From Anthoceros angustus (Eukaryota > Plantae > Anthocerotophyta), in contig MU008157.1 of NCBI GenBank assembly GCA_010909165.1, positions 806,001 to 870,000 on the forward strand: DNA of 64,000 bases, given 5' to 3'. Numbering within the stretch: the first letter of the stretch is position 1; the number at the start of each line of letters is the position of its first letter. A program made the position numbers and the translations under genes. Under the pieces are notes generated by a model. That model searched no databases and was not told where the DNA came from. It saw nothing but the letters and a program-made list of their open reading frames with translations. This document shows, one piece after another, positions 38,701 to 50,901 of this stretch.

Positions 38701-41700
38701 TAGCAAAGCCAATAATGAGGAACTGGAAGCTCTTATAGATGCCCTCCGGAGAGAGTTGGCACTGCTCAGGAAAAGACTGCAGGATGAATCGGATGTCATG
38801 AGGCTGCTTGAGGGTGAGACACTTGTGCTCTGATTGCCCTTGAAACTGTCTTGTGTTGTTGTAGGACCATATCTATTTCCCTTGCAATTTGCAAACAAGC
38901 AAGTATGTCTTTGCAGGTCTTTTGTTTAAACAGAGAATTTTCTTTTGATTTGATTTGTCAGAGGAAAGACAGCTCCTACTAGCGGACTTGGAGAATTGCA
39001 AAAAGCAGCTGGATTTTATGAAGCAGGAATTGCAGGACACTATAGAGGCTTTCATGATTGACATGAATTCACTTCGCAATATGATGAGCTACTTACAGGA
39101 AACCGAAGAGCTGTTTGTAAATAGACAGCTACAGTATCCTGCTTCTGCATCCACTGCAGGTGAACAAATCAAATCCATAACAATTGCAAGTTCCAGCACC
39201 GGATTTGTTGAGAAAGGTCTTCAAATAAGGGATGCTGCATCGCCGGTGTCGTCAGAAGAGCCTTGGACGCTTTCTCCAGCTTCTCCAAGCACACCACGGA
39301 TGATAGAGGTTTTCCAGGGTGGTTTATCTGATCCAAGGACTCTGGAGCTCAAATCAGGAGCCTCTCAAGCTTACTTTGATTTGAGAGGTGTTCTTGAAGA
39401 GAAGAATGAACAGTTACGGGTCCTACAAGCTGCATTACAAGTTATGGAAAGGCAGCTTGCCCTCTATGGACCACATGTGACAGCCTTGGTCAATCTTCTA
39501 TGGAGAGTAAGCAAGTTTGCTCTTTCAGGAAGCCGAAACAGGCAAAGTCATTTGTTTTGTGTAATGTGGGCCGTCAGGTCCCTGCATCACCATCCTATGT
39601 TGTCATGCTTCGCATATCCACAGGTTTGGAAGATGGCTACGGAAGCTCAGAGAGCCCAGCGTGAGCTTGTCTCAAAGTTGCTCCAGCAACTTGTTCGGTT
39701 CTGGAACAGCCTGGGAGGCGGGTTGACAGGTGACGATGACAAGCACCTTCAGTATACAAATGTGTTGCAAACTCTTCAAGAGATTACTTCTATGAGTGAT
39801 CTTGAGATGGATGCTGAGCAAAGCATAGCAAATGAAGTGCAAGGTCACTTACACAACCTGCCTCCACTCCCTCCCCAAGGAATTGACTTTGCTGCCCAAC
39901 AATACAGACTGCACACTGTGCGCGTCTCAAACTTCGAGTTCTCTTCTACAAAAATCCAGGAGGTCAAGAATGTTGATCGTCTCTTTTCCAATGAGGGGTT
40001 GGAGACGGCTTCAGGACCACCTTCCAAGATGCAACTTTTAAATCTTGAACTTCCAGAGGCTTCTCTCCTAGCTAATCTGACACCTAAGGACTTGCAAGAA
40101 GTACTAACTCTTGAGAGACGGCTTGCTTTAGAAAGGGTGGCACTGCAGAAAGAGGTCCAGAGGCTTCAAGCGAAACTGTTGGCTGAACAAGCAGCTAGAA
40201 GGTGGCGAGACAAGTATACTAGGGAGCTGTATGAAAAGCTCATGGGGAAGGTAACTTGCTATGATGAGTGAACATGTACTCAGGCATATACTTGCGAACT
40301 GATCCACTGTTGCGTGCCCCATATTTTAGAGCCCTGCACAGCACGTTGGGTGACTTGTTAGAGCCTTTTCTGCCCCTAATAGTCTCAATTGGGTGGAATT
40401 CAGGGAAAAGTGTCCAGAGCTGCCCAAACAGCTGCCTCAGGTTTTTGGTCGCTCTTGATACCTCATCCTCTATCTCCTGAGGAAACAGATATGCTGGAGT
40501 TCCGCACCTATTGGCAAAAGCTTGCTCGAAAGGCCGTTGTAAGCTAACTACCATCCCTGAAAATTTTATGCTGAATCGATCATCGTAAATCTATGCCTAA
40601 AACTGCACGGACTAGACTGTATGACAGTGAAGTAGGGCAGGACAGGTAGATTTTAGAACAACGCTAGCGATGTTGCAGTTCCATTGTTTTGTGTTGCAGT
40701 TGTAACAAGCCGATTCTGCAATTTCATGTCTCTTGTTCCTGCCGTAGGATGCCGAGCCACTCACAGAAAGGTTTGTTCGACAAACAATCACTGACATATA
40801 TGCTGCAAAGATTAAAGACGACATTGCGTGTATGAGAAGTGGGAAAACACCTCATGAAATGCCTGAGTATGTCTATCTCTACTACCGAAAACGATACGGA
40901 CTCACCCACATGCGGGAGGATCATTTGCTTGAGCTTCTGGCCTCACTAATAGCGTACAGGGACATTCCTGAGGTATGAGGCTTAAGTTGTTGGCTGGTTT
41001 GCAAAAGATATTCCTGCAAATCAAGGTCACGGTTCAGGGTTCAGGAGCTCAAGCAATGTCCGTAAGCTCAGATGACGATCATTCTCAGTCTGTGTTGCAA
41101 ATAATAGGTGTCGAAGTTTGCGGTATCAGCTGCTGTTCTTGATGATGAGTATTGCGCTGTGGCCCGCCCAGTAACTCCTCTGATTCCCCCACGGGAAGAC
41201 AGAGTACCTCCTCAGCAAGTGGTGAAGACCATATCCAGCAATGTTGAGATGGCCAGATTGCCGCTTGGAGAGCTCCAGTTTCACCAGACAACGGCTGCAA
41301 CCAATGAGGACATTTGGAAAGGGGATTCCTTGTGCACGCCAAGGTCAATCCTCAGTGCTCGTGACCCTCTGTATGGAGGACTAATGAGTGCACGATCATC
41401 AGAGCCGTGTTCTTCCCGACTGTCGACTCCCATGGCAAGTTCAAGACTGGGAAGTCCAAGATCTGGCTACAGACTCTCTAGCCCAAGAACGTCCATTGCT
41501 GCAAGTCCAAGAACCAAAGGCTCTGGGATGCCAATCATGCCTCTGTTAAGCACATCTGTGGGTAATCCTAGGTGGAGCTCGAAGACTGTGAACAAAACTG
41601 AAAATGTGCCAATTGTTAAGGCAAGCTCTCAACAATGTGAGAATGATGCACGACAAGTTTATTCGGACCAGAATGATGGAAAAGTAAACCATCGCTGCAC

Positions 41701-43100
41701 TTTTTTTTGAGCAGGAAACCAAGCTTCTTGGCATGCATCATGAAGAGCTGAAGCATCCACTCGCGGAACATTTGGTAGAATGGAAGCCTTTATCGTGCCC
41801 AACGATGCTGGATCTTGAGCTCCTTGCACATCCTTTGGTAAGTGTGCCCGCTCGGAATGCGACCCCAAGATCTGCCTGATGAAATTCGTATAACCGACCC
41901 CTGCATTTTCTGCGCGCAGACTGAAGAGGCGACAGAGCTGGTCTCACATGTGCCAGGCATTGAAGCACTCCTTGCAGTGATGGTATCTCCGCAATTCATC
42001 CAGGCTGCATCCAATATCGACCTAGGAGTACCAATCGGAGACATGCAACTACCCCAGATGCACGTGCTACTTGAACAGGTGCAATGCCGTAACTTGGTGG
42101 CGTGATCAAAAGCCTTGCAGTCACAGCTATCCTTTGACTGTGTGTTCCTGCCTCACTTGTATCCAGACCTGCAACATTCTGGACATGGACTGCCCACTGA
42201 TGTTCGTCCGAGACAGTCCCTACTGTCGGGCATACACATGGTGTCTTCAGGGTTCTCCACCAGCAATCGTATTTAACAGCGCAGTGTTCGACATCCTGGA
42301 ACCAGGAGAACTCCAGGTGATTGTAACAAAGCTTCATCTATCCCAATAAAAAATAATGCTGCAGATGCAGCCACCGCATCTCAGAAGTTCTTTCCTGCAT
42401 ACAGGCACTGATGGCACAGCAGCTCACAATCCTCAAATGGCCCAAGTACCGCCACCTAGCCATGGCCTGGACCATCCTGATCCTCGCCCCCGCCTTACTG
42501 GAGCCCGACCTGGCTCCATCAGGCGTGAAGCTCATGGACAACAGCAACCTCCGAGACCTGAAATGGGGCCCTAGCAACGCGGCCTTCGACGGCAGGTGGC
42601 CGGTGTCAAGCGCCCTCGCCAACAGCCTGGACAGATGGATCCGGTATCAGGAGCTGGTGGGCGACCGCGCAGCCCTCATCGTCACCGAAAGCCTGCTGGT
42701 AGTCGTCTCCGCCAACCTGAAAATGGCCGCAGGATCCCACACCCTGGCCAAGCAGCTGAACATCGAAGCCCTCCTGGAACAGGGCCACAAAGCCGACGCC
42801 GCCGCCCAGTCCACCATGCTCCGCAACCTGGGCCTCCAGCAGTCCTCCTCCCTCTCCGACAACCTCAACATCCGCACCGAATTCACCTCCATCGCCCACT
42901 TCAGCTCCATGATCTCCAAGAAAACCATCGCCGCCAACGTGAGTAAATCCAAGTCCCAGTCCTTCGGCGTGGAGCTCAAGTCCCTCCAGCTGGGCAGCTC
43001 CTCCCACTCCCTGGCCGTCCTCCGCGCCAGAGAGCTCTCCAGGTGGGCTCACACGGAGGAGATCGCCCCCATGTGGCACAAGCTTGTCTCATCAGCCTAG
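35765..43100 (+). CDS. Large multi-exon coiled-coil protein of unknown function; start and exon structure approximate
   Basis: A chain of same-strand ORFs bounded by GT-AG sites, with long E/K/L/R heptad regions at 36550-39100. Exon 40749-40973 reads TITDIYAAKIKDD...EMPEYVYLYYRKRYGL...LLELLASLIAYR. The GC-rich last exon ends at 43100. It could be two genes. Confidence 0.72.
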
Positions 43101-43298
43101 CTACCGCCCAACTTTCTTTATCCCTCAAAAACACCTGGTCCTACCCCAACCTCATTGTATGGCCCTGACCCAACACGGACCTTGACAGATGCTCTTCTTT
43201 CATTCTTTCTTCAATTCCTTCTTTCATTCCTTCTTGCATTCTGTCTGCTGACGTTCTGAATTTGGGTGCTTGTGCGAATTCTTTGTTTCCGTCCATTC

Positions 43299-44750
43299 AT
43301 GCTGTATGGCCATGGGGACGCTGCTGCCCATGTGAGGAGGATGGTTGTGGGCGCTGCTGCTTGGTGGCAGCCGTGCTCGGTGGAGACGGTTCTGGCGTCC
43401 TCCTGCATTTCGGCCATGCTTTTGGGCCGGGGGCATGGACCCAGCGCGGGATGGGGCAGGAGGAGGGCGCATGCGCGTTCTGGCTGGAGCCCCACCAGCC
43501 GCAGGGCGCTGGTGATCGGGACGGTGGTGATTTCCGGGTGCTGGGCGCAGCAGCGGTGTCCTTTGCTGGCTCTTGCGGCGGTGCCGAGGCCAGAGCCCAT
43601 TGTGCTGGACCAGGACGACACGGGCCCGGCTCCGACGCCATGCACCGTGGTGTCAGCCCCGGGGAGGCGGATTGTGGCGGTGGGCGATGTGCATGGGGAC
43701 CTGGAGAGGGCGAGGCTGGCGTTGCAGTTGGCGGGAGTGCTGAGCGCGGACGGGCGGAGCGACTGGGCGGGGGGATCCACCGTCCTGGTGCAGGTGGGCG
43801 ATGTGCTGGACCGGGGCGGGGACGAGATTGCAATCCTTTCTTTGCTGGCCCGGCTGCGGCAGCAGGCGCGGGCGGCCGGGGGCGCTGTGTTGCAGATTAA
43901 CGGGAACCATGGAAACCATGAACGTGGCCGGGAGTTCCGGGACGCCGCGCCGGCCGGCTTCCAGGAGTGCCAGCGCTTCGCGGACTACTGCCGGGAGGAG
44001 CACGGCGGGGACTGGGGCGCCGCCTGGGGCGTGGCACCGCGACTCGCAGGCGGCGCGGGAGGCGGAGGACCGGCGGGCGGCGCCCGGGACTGGGCTGCCG
44101 CGCTCTGGAACCCGCTCAAGCTGCAGAAGGGCAGGCAGCGCGGGCGCTGCTCGCGCTGGGGGTTCCTGGCGCAGGAGCTGTCCAGGCATGGGGTTGTGCT
44201 GAAGGTGAACGACTGGTTGTTCGCGCACGGCGGGGTCTTGCCGCACCACGTCCAATACGGGCTGGAGAGGATCAACAAGGAGGTGTCGGATTGGATGCGC
44301 GCGGCGAGATCCTCCGTCGGCCAGCAGGCGCAGATGCCGTTTCTGGCCACGCGAGGCTTTGATAGCGTGGTGTGGAGTAGGCTCTACTCCCGGGAGATCT
44401 ACGAGCGTCCCGAGGACAGGATCACCGCCTGCGCCGTGCTCTCGGCTGCGCTCGACGCCGTGGATTGCCGCGGCCTCGTCGTCGGGCATACCCCGCAGAT
44501 GGCCGGGGTGAACTGCCAGTGCGACGGGCGCGTGTGGAGGATCGACGTCGGGATGTCCAGCGGCGTCCTGCATGCCCTGCCGCAGGTGCTGGAGATCGTG
44601 GACGGCCAGGTGAGCGTGCTCCGCTGCTCGGCTATGGCGGAGCAAGGGTTAGGGTTTCCCGATGTGGAGGATGACCTGGCCGGCCTCCATGGCCTCGGCA
44701 ATCTCTCTTCCCTGCTCGGCTTCGTCCGAGCTCCTCCTAGAACAGGCTGA
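43299..44750 (+). CDS. SLP1: Shewanella-like protein phosphatase (SLP1-like, PPP metallophosphatase), single exon
   Basis: GDVHGD, VQVGDVLDRG, GNH, FAHGG, VVGHTPQ and RIDVGMSSG motifs, plus an N-terminal transit-peptide-like leader. Local compensating frameshifts at about 43910-43935 and about 44130-44165. Confidence 0.9.
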   Translation: MLYGHGDAAAHVRRMVVGAAAWWQPCSVETVLASSCISAMLLGRGHGPSAGWGRRRAHARSGWSPTSRRALVIGTVVISGCWAQQRCPLLALAAVPRPEPIVLDQDDTGPAPTPCTVVSAPGRRIVAVGDVHGDLERARLALQLAGVLSADGRSDWAGGSTVLVQVGDVLDRGGDEIAILSLLARLRQQARAAGGAVLQINGNHGNHERGREFRDAAPAGFQECQRFADYCREEHGGDWGAAWGVAPRLAGGAGGGGPAGGARDWAAALWNPLKLQKGRQRGRCSRWGFLAQELSRHGVVLKVNDWLFAHGGVLPHHVQYGLERINKEVSDWMRAARSSVGQQAQMPFLATRGFDSVVWSRLYSREIYERPEDRITACAVLSAALDAVDCRGLVVGHTPQMAGVNCQCDGRVWRIDVGMSSGVLHALPQVLEIVDGQVSVLRCSAMAEQGLGFPDVEDDLAGLHGLGNLSSLLGFVRAPPRTG

Positions 44751-45119
44751 TCGATTCGACATTCTTCTGTACAGGATTCGCCGCACTCCTCTGCCTTGTC
44801 TCCCGCCGTGGCCTGTTGCATGCAATCTATGTTTCATGCTATGGCCAGAGGAAGGTGATATTTATATGTTGCGGTGAGGTTAGGACAAAGAAAAAGTAAA
44901 GAATATGTAGGTAGGAAGTCTGGGATATTATATAGATGGTATTTATCATCAAACGCTAACACCGGACAGCAAGCTCGGCAAGCTCAGCAGTTGAGCTTAT
45001 GTTCGTTGAATGAAACCAAAATGTGGGGCGATGGGGGAAGTAGTAGTGCTTCATCTCGAAGTCTGCACCAGGTTGGAGCTAGTGGGCGGGCTGTGCTACG
45101 CCTTGGCCTGGGCCTTGGC

Positions 45120-45698
45120 TTAGGCCACCGGCACGTCCAGGAATCGGGGCGCATGGGGATCTGGTGGGGGTATCTTGGGCACTGTCACCACCAGCACCCC
45201 GTCCCTGCATATGGCTTTACAGTGGTCCACATTCGCATTTTCGGGCAGCATAAATTTGAAAGCAAAATGGCCGGGTCTTCGCTGCTTCTGCAGGAACTTG
45301 GTCTCCCCTTCTATGTCGTCATCGGGTTTTCGCTCTCCCCTCACCACCAGAACGTTGTCGTTCTCAACTCTCACCTGAAAGTGTAGCGCACAAGAATAAC
45401 AACAAACAACAAACAACATGACAGCCAACAAAGCCAGTAGAGGTGAGCGACTAAGGACGAGCGCAGGGGACGATAGGAAAACAGGAAAGAATAGAATAGA
45501 ATGGTTTCTTGGTCGCAGCAGATAAAGGAAAGGGATGAGTGTTCTCTGTGCGATTCCGGGACAAAACAGTGCAGCAAGTCATGCACTCCGAGTAAGAAGT
45601 AGTACCTTCACGTCATGGGATTTGCAGCCAGGCATATCAGACACAAAGACGAAGGACTCAGGATGTTCCTTCACATCGACATCGGTTCCGGTTGCCAT
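45120..45698 (-). CDS. Small heat-shock protein (alpha-crystallin domain, cytosolic class II/III-like)
   Basis: Exon 45698-45606 reads MATGTDVDVKEHPESFVFVSDMPGCKSHDVK. Exon 45374-45120 reads VRVENDNVLVVRGERK...KFMLPENANVD...CRDGVLVVTVPKIPPP. Confidence 0.9.
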
Positions 45699-46759
45699 TT
45701 CACTTTCTCGTTGTGCTCATTAAGTCTCTGGTTATAAGAGGACGAAAATCAGTCTCATTTTTTCTGTCGTTGCCAGGATGCCTTCTTTGAATGCATGCAA
45801 GAAGAACCTGGGACAAAATGTTCACACAATGAACCCTTCCATTGTCCGATGCAGATGTGGCACCCACAGGAGGAGTGTTTACCCCGGTCTCTCTTTCATT
45901 TGCCAAATTCCTCAACAAGACCTATCAACCGTGGCTACCAAATTCAAGGGCATATTAGTAGTCTACGGCTGAGATCACAACCCTTCCTTTCATTGCTTGC
46001 AAGGTGAACCATGAGGTGAATCATGGTGAGAATAGATGCAAATCCCCCCTGTTACCCGCACCATCACATGCACAGCACATCACATGTAATGCAATGTACT
46101 GCAAGGCTCAGAAATGGGAATCTAGGTGCACGGATTGATGGAATAGGGGACCCTAAGCATGTCAAACCCCCGGGTTGCTGCAATCCGCAGTACAGGATTG
46201 ATCAGGGCAAGGACGTGGACACACGGACGCCGGCAAAATGACCGCTTCCACAAACAATTGAGCCTTACCGCAAATGTCCTCTGAACTTGGCCGCAAGAAA
46301 GCCCGGCCTGGAGATGAGCAAGTCTGTTGTGAGAGCACGGCGGTCAGTTAGAGATCCGAGGCGCCGCAGAAACACACGAATTGGATCCACTGCAAGGCGA
46401 TCTTACAAGAAGGGAGGCGAGGCGAGGCGCAGCGGGAGGCGCGCGCGCGGGGGCAGACGCGGCACGGCAGGCCAGGGAATGAGGGCTTCACGCTGCGCAC
46501 AAGGGCCAGGGGGAGTCTGAAGCAACGCCGAGCGAGGAGGCGTAGCAAGCCAAAGGTTGGCTTCTTGGGGCGTGCCCCCGCCGCTCACGACCTGCCTAGT
46601 CCGCGCGGCATCGCATCCTTCACCAGACACCTTCCCGCCTTCAGTTACGCGCCATTCTCCCGCCTGCATTTCGTTTCCAACGTTTCATCCCACCACGCAT
46701 TTCGGTCTCCAGCCCTTGACAAAATCGGCTTCCTCGCTTCACGATTCCTCGGAGCCTGA

Positions 46760-49700
46760 TCAATGTCTGTCCCCGCACGAACAAGAGCCATCCAGGAATC
46801 GGTGTACTCTATGTGCGTCCCTGACGATGATCTCTCGCCTCTCCAGCCGGGACATCACCTTGGTGCTGCTATGGCAGTCGTTGCACATGCGAAGATTCTT
46901 AGTCACAAGCAAGGATGAGCCATCTGGAGAATGCAGGAGACCGTATGCCAGAGCCAGTTTTTCGGCATGTCCACACAGGGCATCTTCCTTCTCCAGCATG
47001 GAGACTGCCTTCAGGACCAGCTCTGTTTGTGGCACATGGCCCCCTTCCTCCTTCAACCTCTTGTTCATTCCCCTCACCTTCGAGGAGATGTCAGACCTGT
47101 CCTCTCCTACTGTGAATTCGTGCACCCTCCTGTTCACTTCGATGCATGCCCTGGCGGGCTTCTTCCACGCACCTGCTTGATTTCGCAGGCGTTCTGTTTC
47201 TTCGACATCCTTCCACCTGCCAGCATGTGCATATATGTTGCCCAGTAGAACGTATGCACTGGCATTTGTAGGCTCCAATGCTACCAGTCGCTCGAAGCAT
47301 CGCTGTCCACGCTCTGCGTCGCCCTGGCTTTTGCAGGCGCTCAGCAAGGATGTCCACCCGACTACCAGACTATCAGATGGGGCAGTGTGGACAAGGATTT
47401 CTTCTGCCTCGTCTAGGAAGCCTGACCGCCCGAGAAGGTCGACAATGCAGTTGTAGTGATGTTGGCTCGGCGCAATGCCGTGCTCTTCCACCATCACCCT
47501 GAAGTAGTGCAGCCCCTCATGCACCAAGCCTGCATGACTACAGGCTACGAGAAGGGTGATGAAGATCGTTTCATCTGGCTCCACACCTTGCTGACGCATC
47601 TCCTTGAAGCAATGGATTGCCTCATCACCATAGCCGTGTTCGGCGTAGCCATTGAGTAGAGCACTCCATGTCACCACATTTCGGCTGGGCATGTATTGGA
47701 AAACTGTCTGAGCATCCTCCAAGCTCCCACATTTGGCGTACATGTCCACCAGGCTGCTGCCGATGGACACATCAGCTTCTAGGCCTCTTCCCTGAATCTG
47801 TCTATGAAGCTCCTTACCCTGACTCAAGGCTCCAACGGCGGCACAAGCTTTAAGGAGGCACACAAAGGTGGCATGCGTGGGCAAGGTATCCCCCTGTTGC
47901 TGCATACTTGCATTCAGAGCCAGGGCCTCATGACCCAGCCCCTGCTTCGTGTATCCTGCAAACATGGCATTCCATGTTACCACATCCTTTATGCATAGGC
48001 TATCGAACACTCTGCGAGCATCCTCCAAGCTGCCACATTTTGCGTACATGCTCACCAGGCTGTTGCCAACGAACGTATCAGCGTCAGCAACACTCTTTAA
48101 AATATCAGAATGCACCTCCTGTCCTGAAGCCAGATCCTCTGCGGCAGCACATGCCCAGAGGACTGCTACGAATGTATGATTGTCTGGCTCCACAGGCGAA
48201 TCTCGCATCTGTTCATACAGGCTGATTGCCTGAGAGGGCTGTCCATTCCTTGCGTGTGCCCAAATAATGGAGGTCCACATGTGAGCGTCCGAGACACCTG
48301 CTTTGGTGAAAACCTGCATAGCATCCTCCAATTTGCCATGAGAAGCATACATGGCAATGATGTGGTTGGCCAAGAATGCGTTCGACTCTTGTCCACTTTT
48401 TATAACTAGAGCATGAACCTTCCTGCCAAGAGCGAGATCCTTCTGTTCAAAGCACATCTTGAGAACAGGATATAAAATGGACGTGTCCTCTGGTGTGATC
48501 CCTTCCTGGAGCATACTGTCATACAGAGCAATTGCTTCATGACTCAGCCCCTGTTGTACACACCCTGTGATCATGCAAGTCCATGCCACCACATCTCTTC
48601 TGGGTAAGCTGTCAAACACCTTACGAGCATCGTCCAAGCTCCCACATTTGGAGTACATGTTCACCAAGCTGCCGCCAACAAGAATGTCAGTCTCCAGATT
48701 CTTTTCACGAATCTGTGCATGAATCTGCTGGCCCTGATGTAGCACTCCCACATTGGCACATGCTTGAAGCAGGCAAACAAACGTAACAGGAGTAGCCGAA
48801 CTCATGCCCTCCTGCTGCATACTTGCATACAAAGCAAGGGCTTCGTGACCAAGCCCCTGCTGTGTGTATCCTGCAATCATGGAATTCCAAGTAACCACAT
48901 CTTTTGTGAGCAATCCGTCAAAAACTTTGCGAGCATCATCCAAGCTCCCGCACTTTGAGTACATGTCCACCAAGCAATTGCCTAGCATGACGTCAACTGC
49001 CACTGCACCTTCTTGAATCTGTGCGTGCAGTTTCTTGCCCTGGTGAAGAGCTCCCACGGTGCCGCATGCTCGCAGAAGACACACGAACGTAACACGATTG
49101 GCCAAGGCCAACCCATCCAGTTGCATCCTGGCATAAAGATCGAGAGCTTCTTTACCGAGCCCATGCTGGACATAGCCCGCAATCAAGGCCGTCCATGTCC
49201 CCACACTTTTGGTAGGCAGCCCCTCGAACACTTCGACAGCATCATCCAAGCTCCGACATTTTGCGTACATGTCCACTAGGCTGCTGCAAACAAAGGCATC
49301 AGGCTTCACACCACTCCTCAAAATGTCAGCATGGACTTGCTTGCCAAAAACCAGATCTCCAGCGGCGGCACATGCTTTGAGTACTGCCACAAACATATGA
49401 TTGTCAGGCTTGGCACTCGAATTCCGCATCTGTCGGTACAGGCTCGTGGCCTCTTCGGGAAGTCCATGTCTGGTATGCGCCAGGATGATGGACGACCACA
49501 TGTATGCATTCGGTGCAGGAACCTTGGAGAAGACATGCATGGCCTCCTCCAATCTCTCATGGGAGGTATACATACAAATGAGATGGTTAGCCAAGAATGC
49601 GTTTGACTCGTATCCATTTCTGATAGCAAGAGCATGAACCCGAGTACCAAGAACCAAATCCTTGTGGGTAGTACACCTCTTCAGGACCCGATAGAAGAGA

Positions 49701-50071
49701 GCAACGCTAACATGGCACCCTCGATCCACCAGTACATTCAATGCTTCCACCGCCTCATTTAGCTCTCCCTCCTCACAACGCTTCTGCAGGGCCTGAACCA
49801 GTGAGCGTTCTTGATACTGTGCCTCCTTGCAAGGGCCACTCTCCTGTTTCAGGATCCTAGTGCTGTATGGGAATTGAGCATCAAAGCTGATCAGCTGGGA
49901 CACAGGCTTGCTACAGTTGTTCAGCCACAGCGTCTCCTTGGAAGTCTTGTGCCCGAAGTCGGAACGTGTATAGCTTGGTTGAATCCGGTCTTGCTTGATC
50001 ACGGCATCCCGAGTATCCGGGACTGCCAAACTTGGCAGCGGGAGCGGGACCAGCAATGCCGGCTCCGCCAT
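46760..50071 (-). CDS. PLS-class PPR protein with a DYW:KP domain ending DRH; candidate organellar U-to-C editing factor
   Basis: Intronless ORF with first ATG at 50071. PLS triplets, E1/E2, WKKPARACIEV, CGHAEKLALAYGLL, KNLRMCNDCH, CSCGDRH. Confidence 0.95.
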   Translation of the reverse strand: MAEPALLVPLPLPSLAVPDTRDAVIKQDRIQPSYTRSDFGHKTSKETLWLNNCSKPVSQLISFDAQFPYSTRILKQESGPCKEAQYQERSLVQALQKRCEEGELNEAVEALNVLVDRGCHVSVALFYRVLKRCTTHKDLVLGTRVHALAIRNGYESNAFLANHLICMYTSHERLEEAMHVFSKVPAPNAYMWSSIILAHTRHGLPEEATSLYRQMRNSSAKPDNHMFVAVLKACAAAGDLVFGKQVHADILRSGVKPDAFVCSSLVDMYAKCRSLDDAVEVFEGLPTKSVGTWTALIAGYVQHGLGKEALDLYARMQLDGLALANRVTFVCLLRACGTVGALHQGKKLHAQIQEGAVAVDVMLGNCLVDMYSKCGSLDDARKVFDGLLTKDVVTWNSMIAGYTQQGLGHEALALYASMQQEGMSSATPVTFVCLLQACANVGVLHQGQQIHAQIREKNLETDILVGGSLVNMYSKCGSLDDARKVFDSLPRRDVVAWTCMITGCVQQGLSHEAIALYDSMLQEGITPEDTSILYPVLKMCFEQKDLALGRKVHALVIKSGQESNAFLANHIIAMYASHGKLEDAMQVFTKAGVSDAHMWTSIIWAHARNGQPSQAISLYEQMRDSPVEPDNHTFVAVLWACAAAEDLASGQEVHSDILKSVADADTFVGNSLVSMYAKCGSLEDARRVFDSLCIKDVVTWNAMFAGYTKQGLGHEALALNASMQQQGDTLPTHATFVCLLKACAAVGALSQGKELHRQIQGRGLEADVSIGSSLVDMYAKCGSLEDAQTVFQYMPSRNVVTWSALLNGYAEHGYGDEAIHCFKEMRQQGVEPDETIFITLLVACSHAGLVHEGLHYFRVMVEEHGIAPSQHHYNCIVDLLGRSGFLDEAEEILVHTAPSDSLVVGWTSLLSACKSQGDAERGQRCFERLVALEPTNASAYVLLGNIYAHAGRWKDVEETERLRNQAGAWKKPARACIEVNRRVHEFTVGEDRSDISSKVRGMNKRLKEEGGHVPQTELVLKAVSMLEKEDALCGHAEKLALAYGLLHSPDGSSLLVTKNLRMCNDCHSSTKVMSRLERREIIVRDAHRVHRFLDGSCSCGDRH

Positions 50072-50901
50072 CACCCGCACGTCAGGTTCCCCTCTTGTTC
50101 CCAGGTGAGGAGACTCTCCCCACAGCAGAGCAGTCCATGTTGCTTCCAGGCGCCGTCTTTCACGGTCCAAGTAGGAAGCAAATTGCGTGATCACTCTTGA
50201 CAAACGAACTAGCAAGTCTTCGACTCTCCTGTTCGGACACGTTGAGCGGACAGGGTGCAAGCCTGTGCGTCGATGCCTACTTTGTGCAGGATCTCCATTG
50301 CGGGTCTGCACGCATGAAGATAGGAGGCCACCATTTCATTGTGCCCAGTCCGTTCGGGATCAGACCCAGTTTTCGAAGCCATTGGGAGGAATGGTACAGG
50401 CAGCGATTATCGCTGCCAGTACCAGCGGAGCAACACAAGTCTGTAATTGATCTAGGTGGGGGATTGGTTGCTTGCTTCCTTTCTAGGAGCTTGATTCCTT
50501 ATAGCAATTCAGCTTTCCTTTGTCGTACTCTCGCCGAGAAGAGAAGAAGCTCTGCAGTCCTGAATACAACAGTTGCTTGCAGGGTTAACAGCCAGGGATC
50601 TTCTCGCAGATTCTGCATACTTGTGGGTCAACAGGTCGAATTCGGTATTTCCTGTCAGGACTCATGCCTTGCCATCTGGTTGGCAAAATTCGGTGGCCCT
50701 TGAAGCAGACCTTGGTGGGGCAGCTAATTGTTGCCACATTGCAGAGACACCTTTTCCTGCACAGCAGAACCAGGGATGCCTTGTGGGTTGATGCATGGCT
50801 GCAGGAGAAAGCACGGCCAGGTCAGAGAGGTGGTGCATCACAGCAGCCTGGCAGCGCTAGGTTTAAGTTGATTCGTACTCCTCCTTCCTTGCCAGTGAAA
50901 T

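Noticed and set aside
43653-44645. 330-aa minus-strand ORF and other overlapping ORFs
   Set aside because: These are by-products of very high GC content opposite the SLP phosphatase.
50072-50311. N-terminal extension of the DRH PPR given by the ORF track
   Set aside because: It begins at a non-ATG codon. The first ATG is at 50071.
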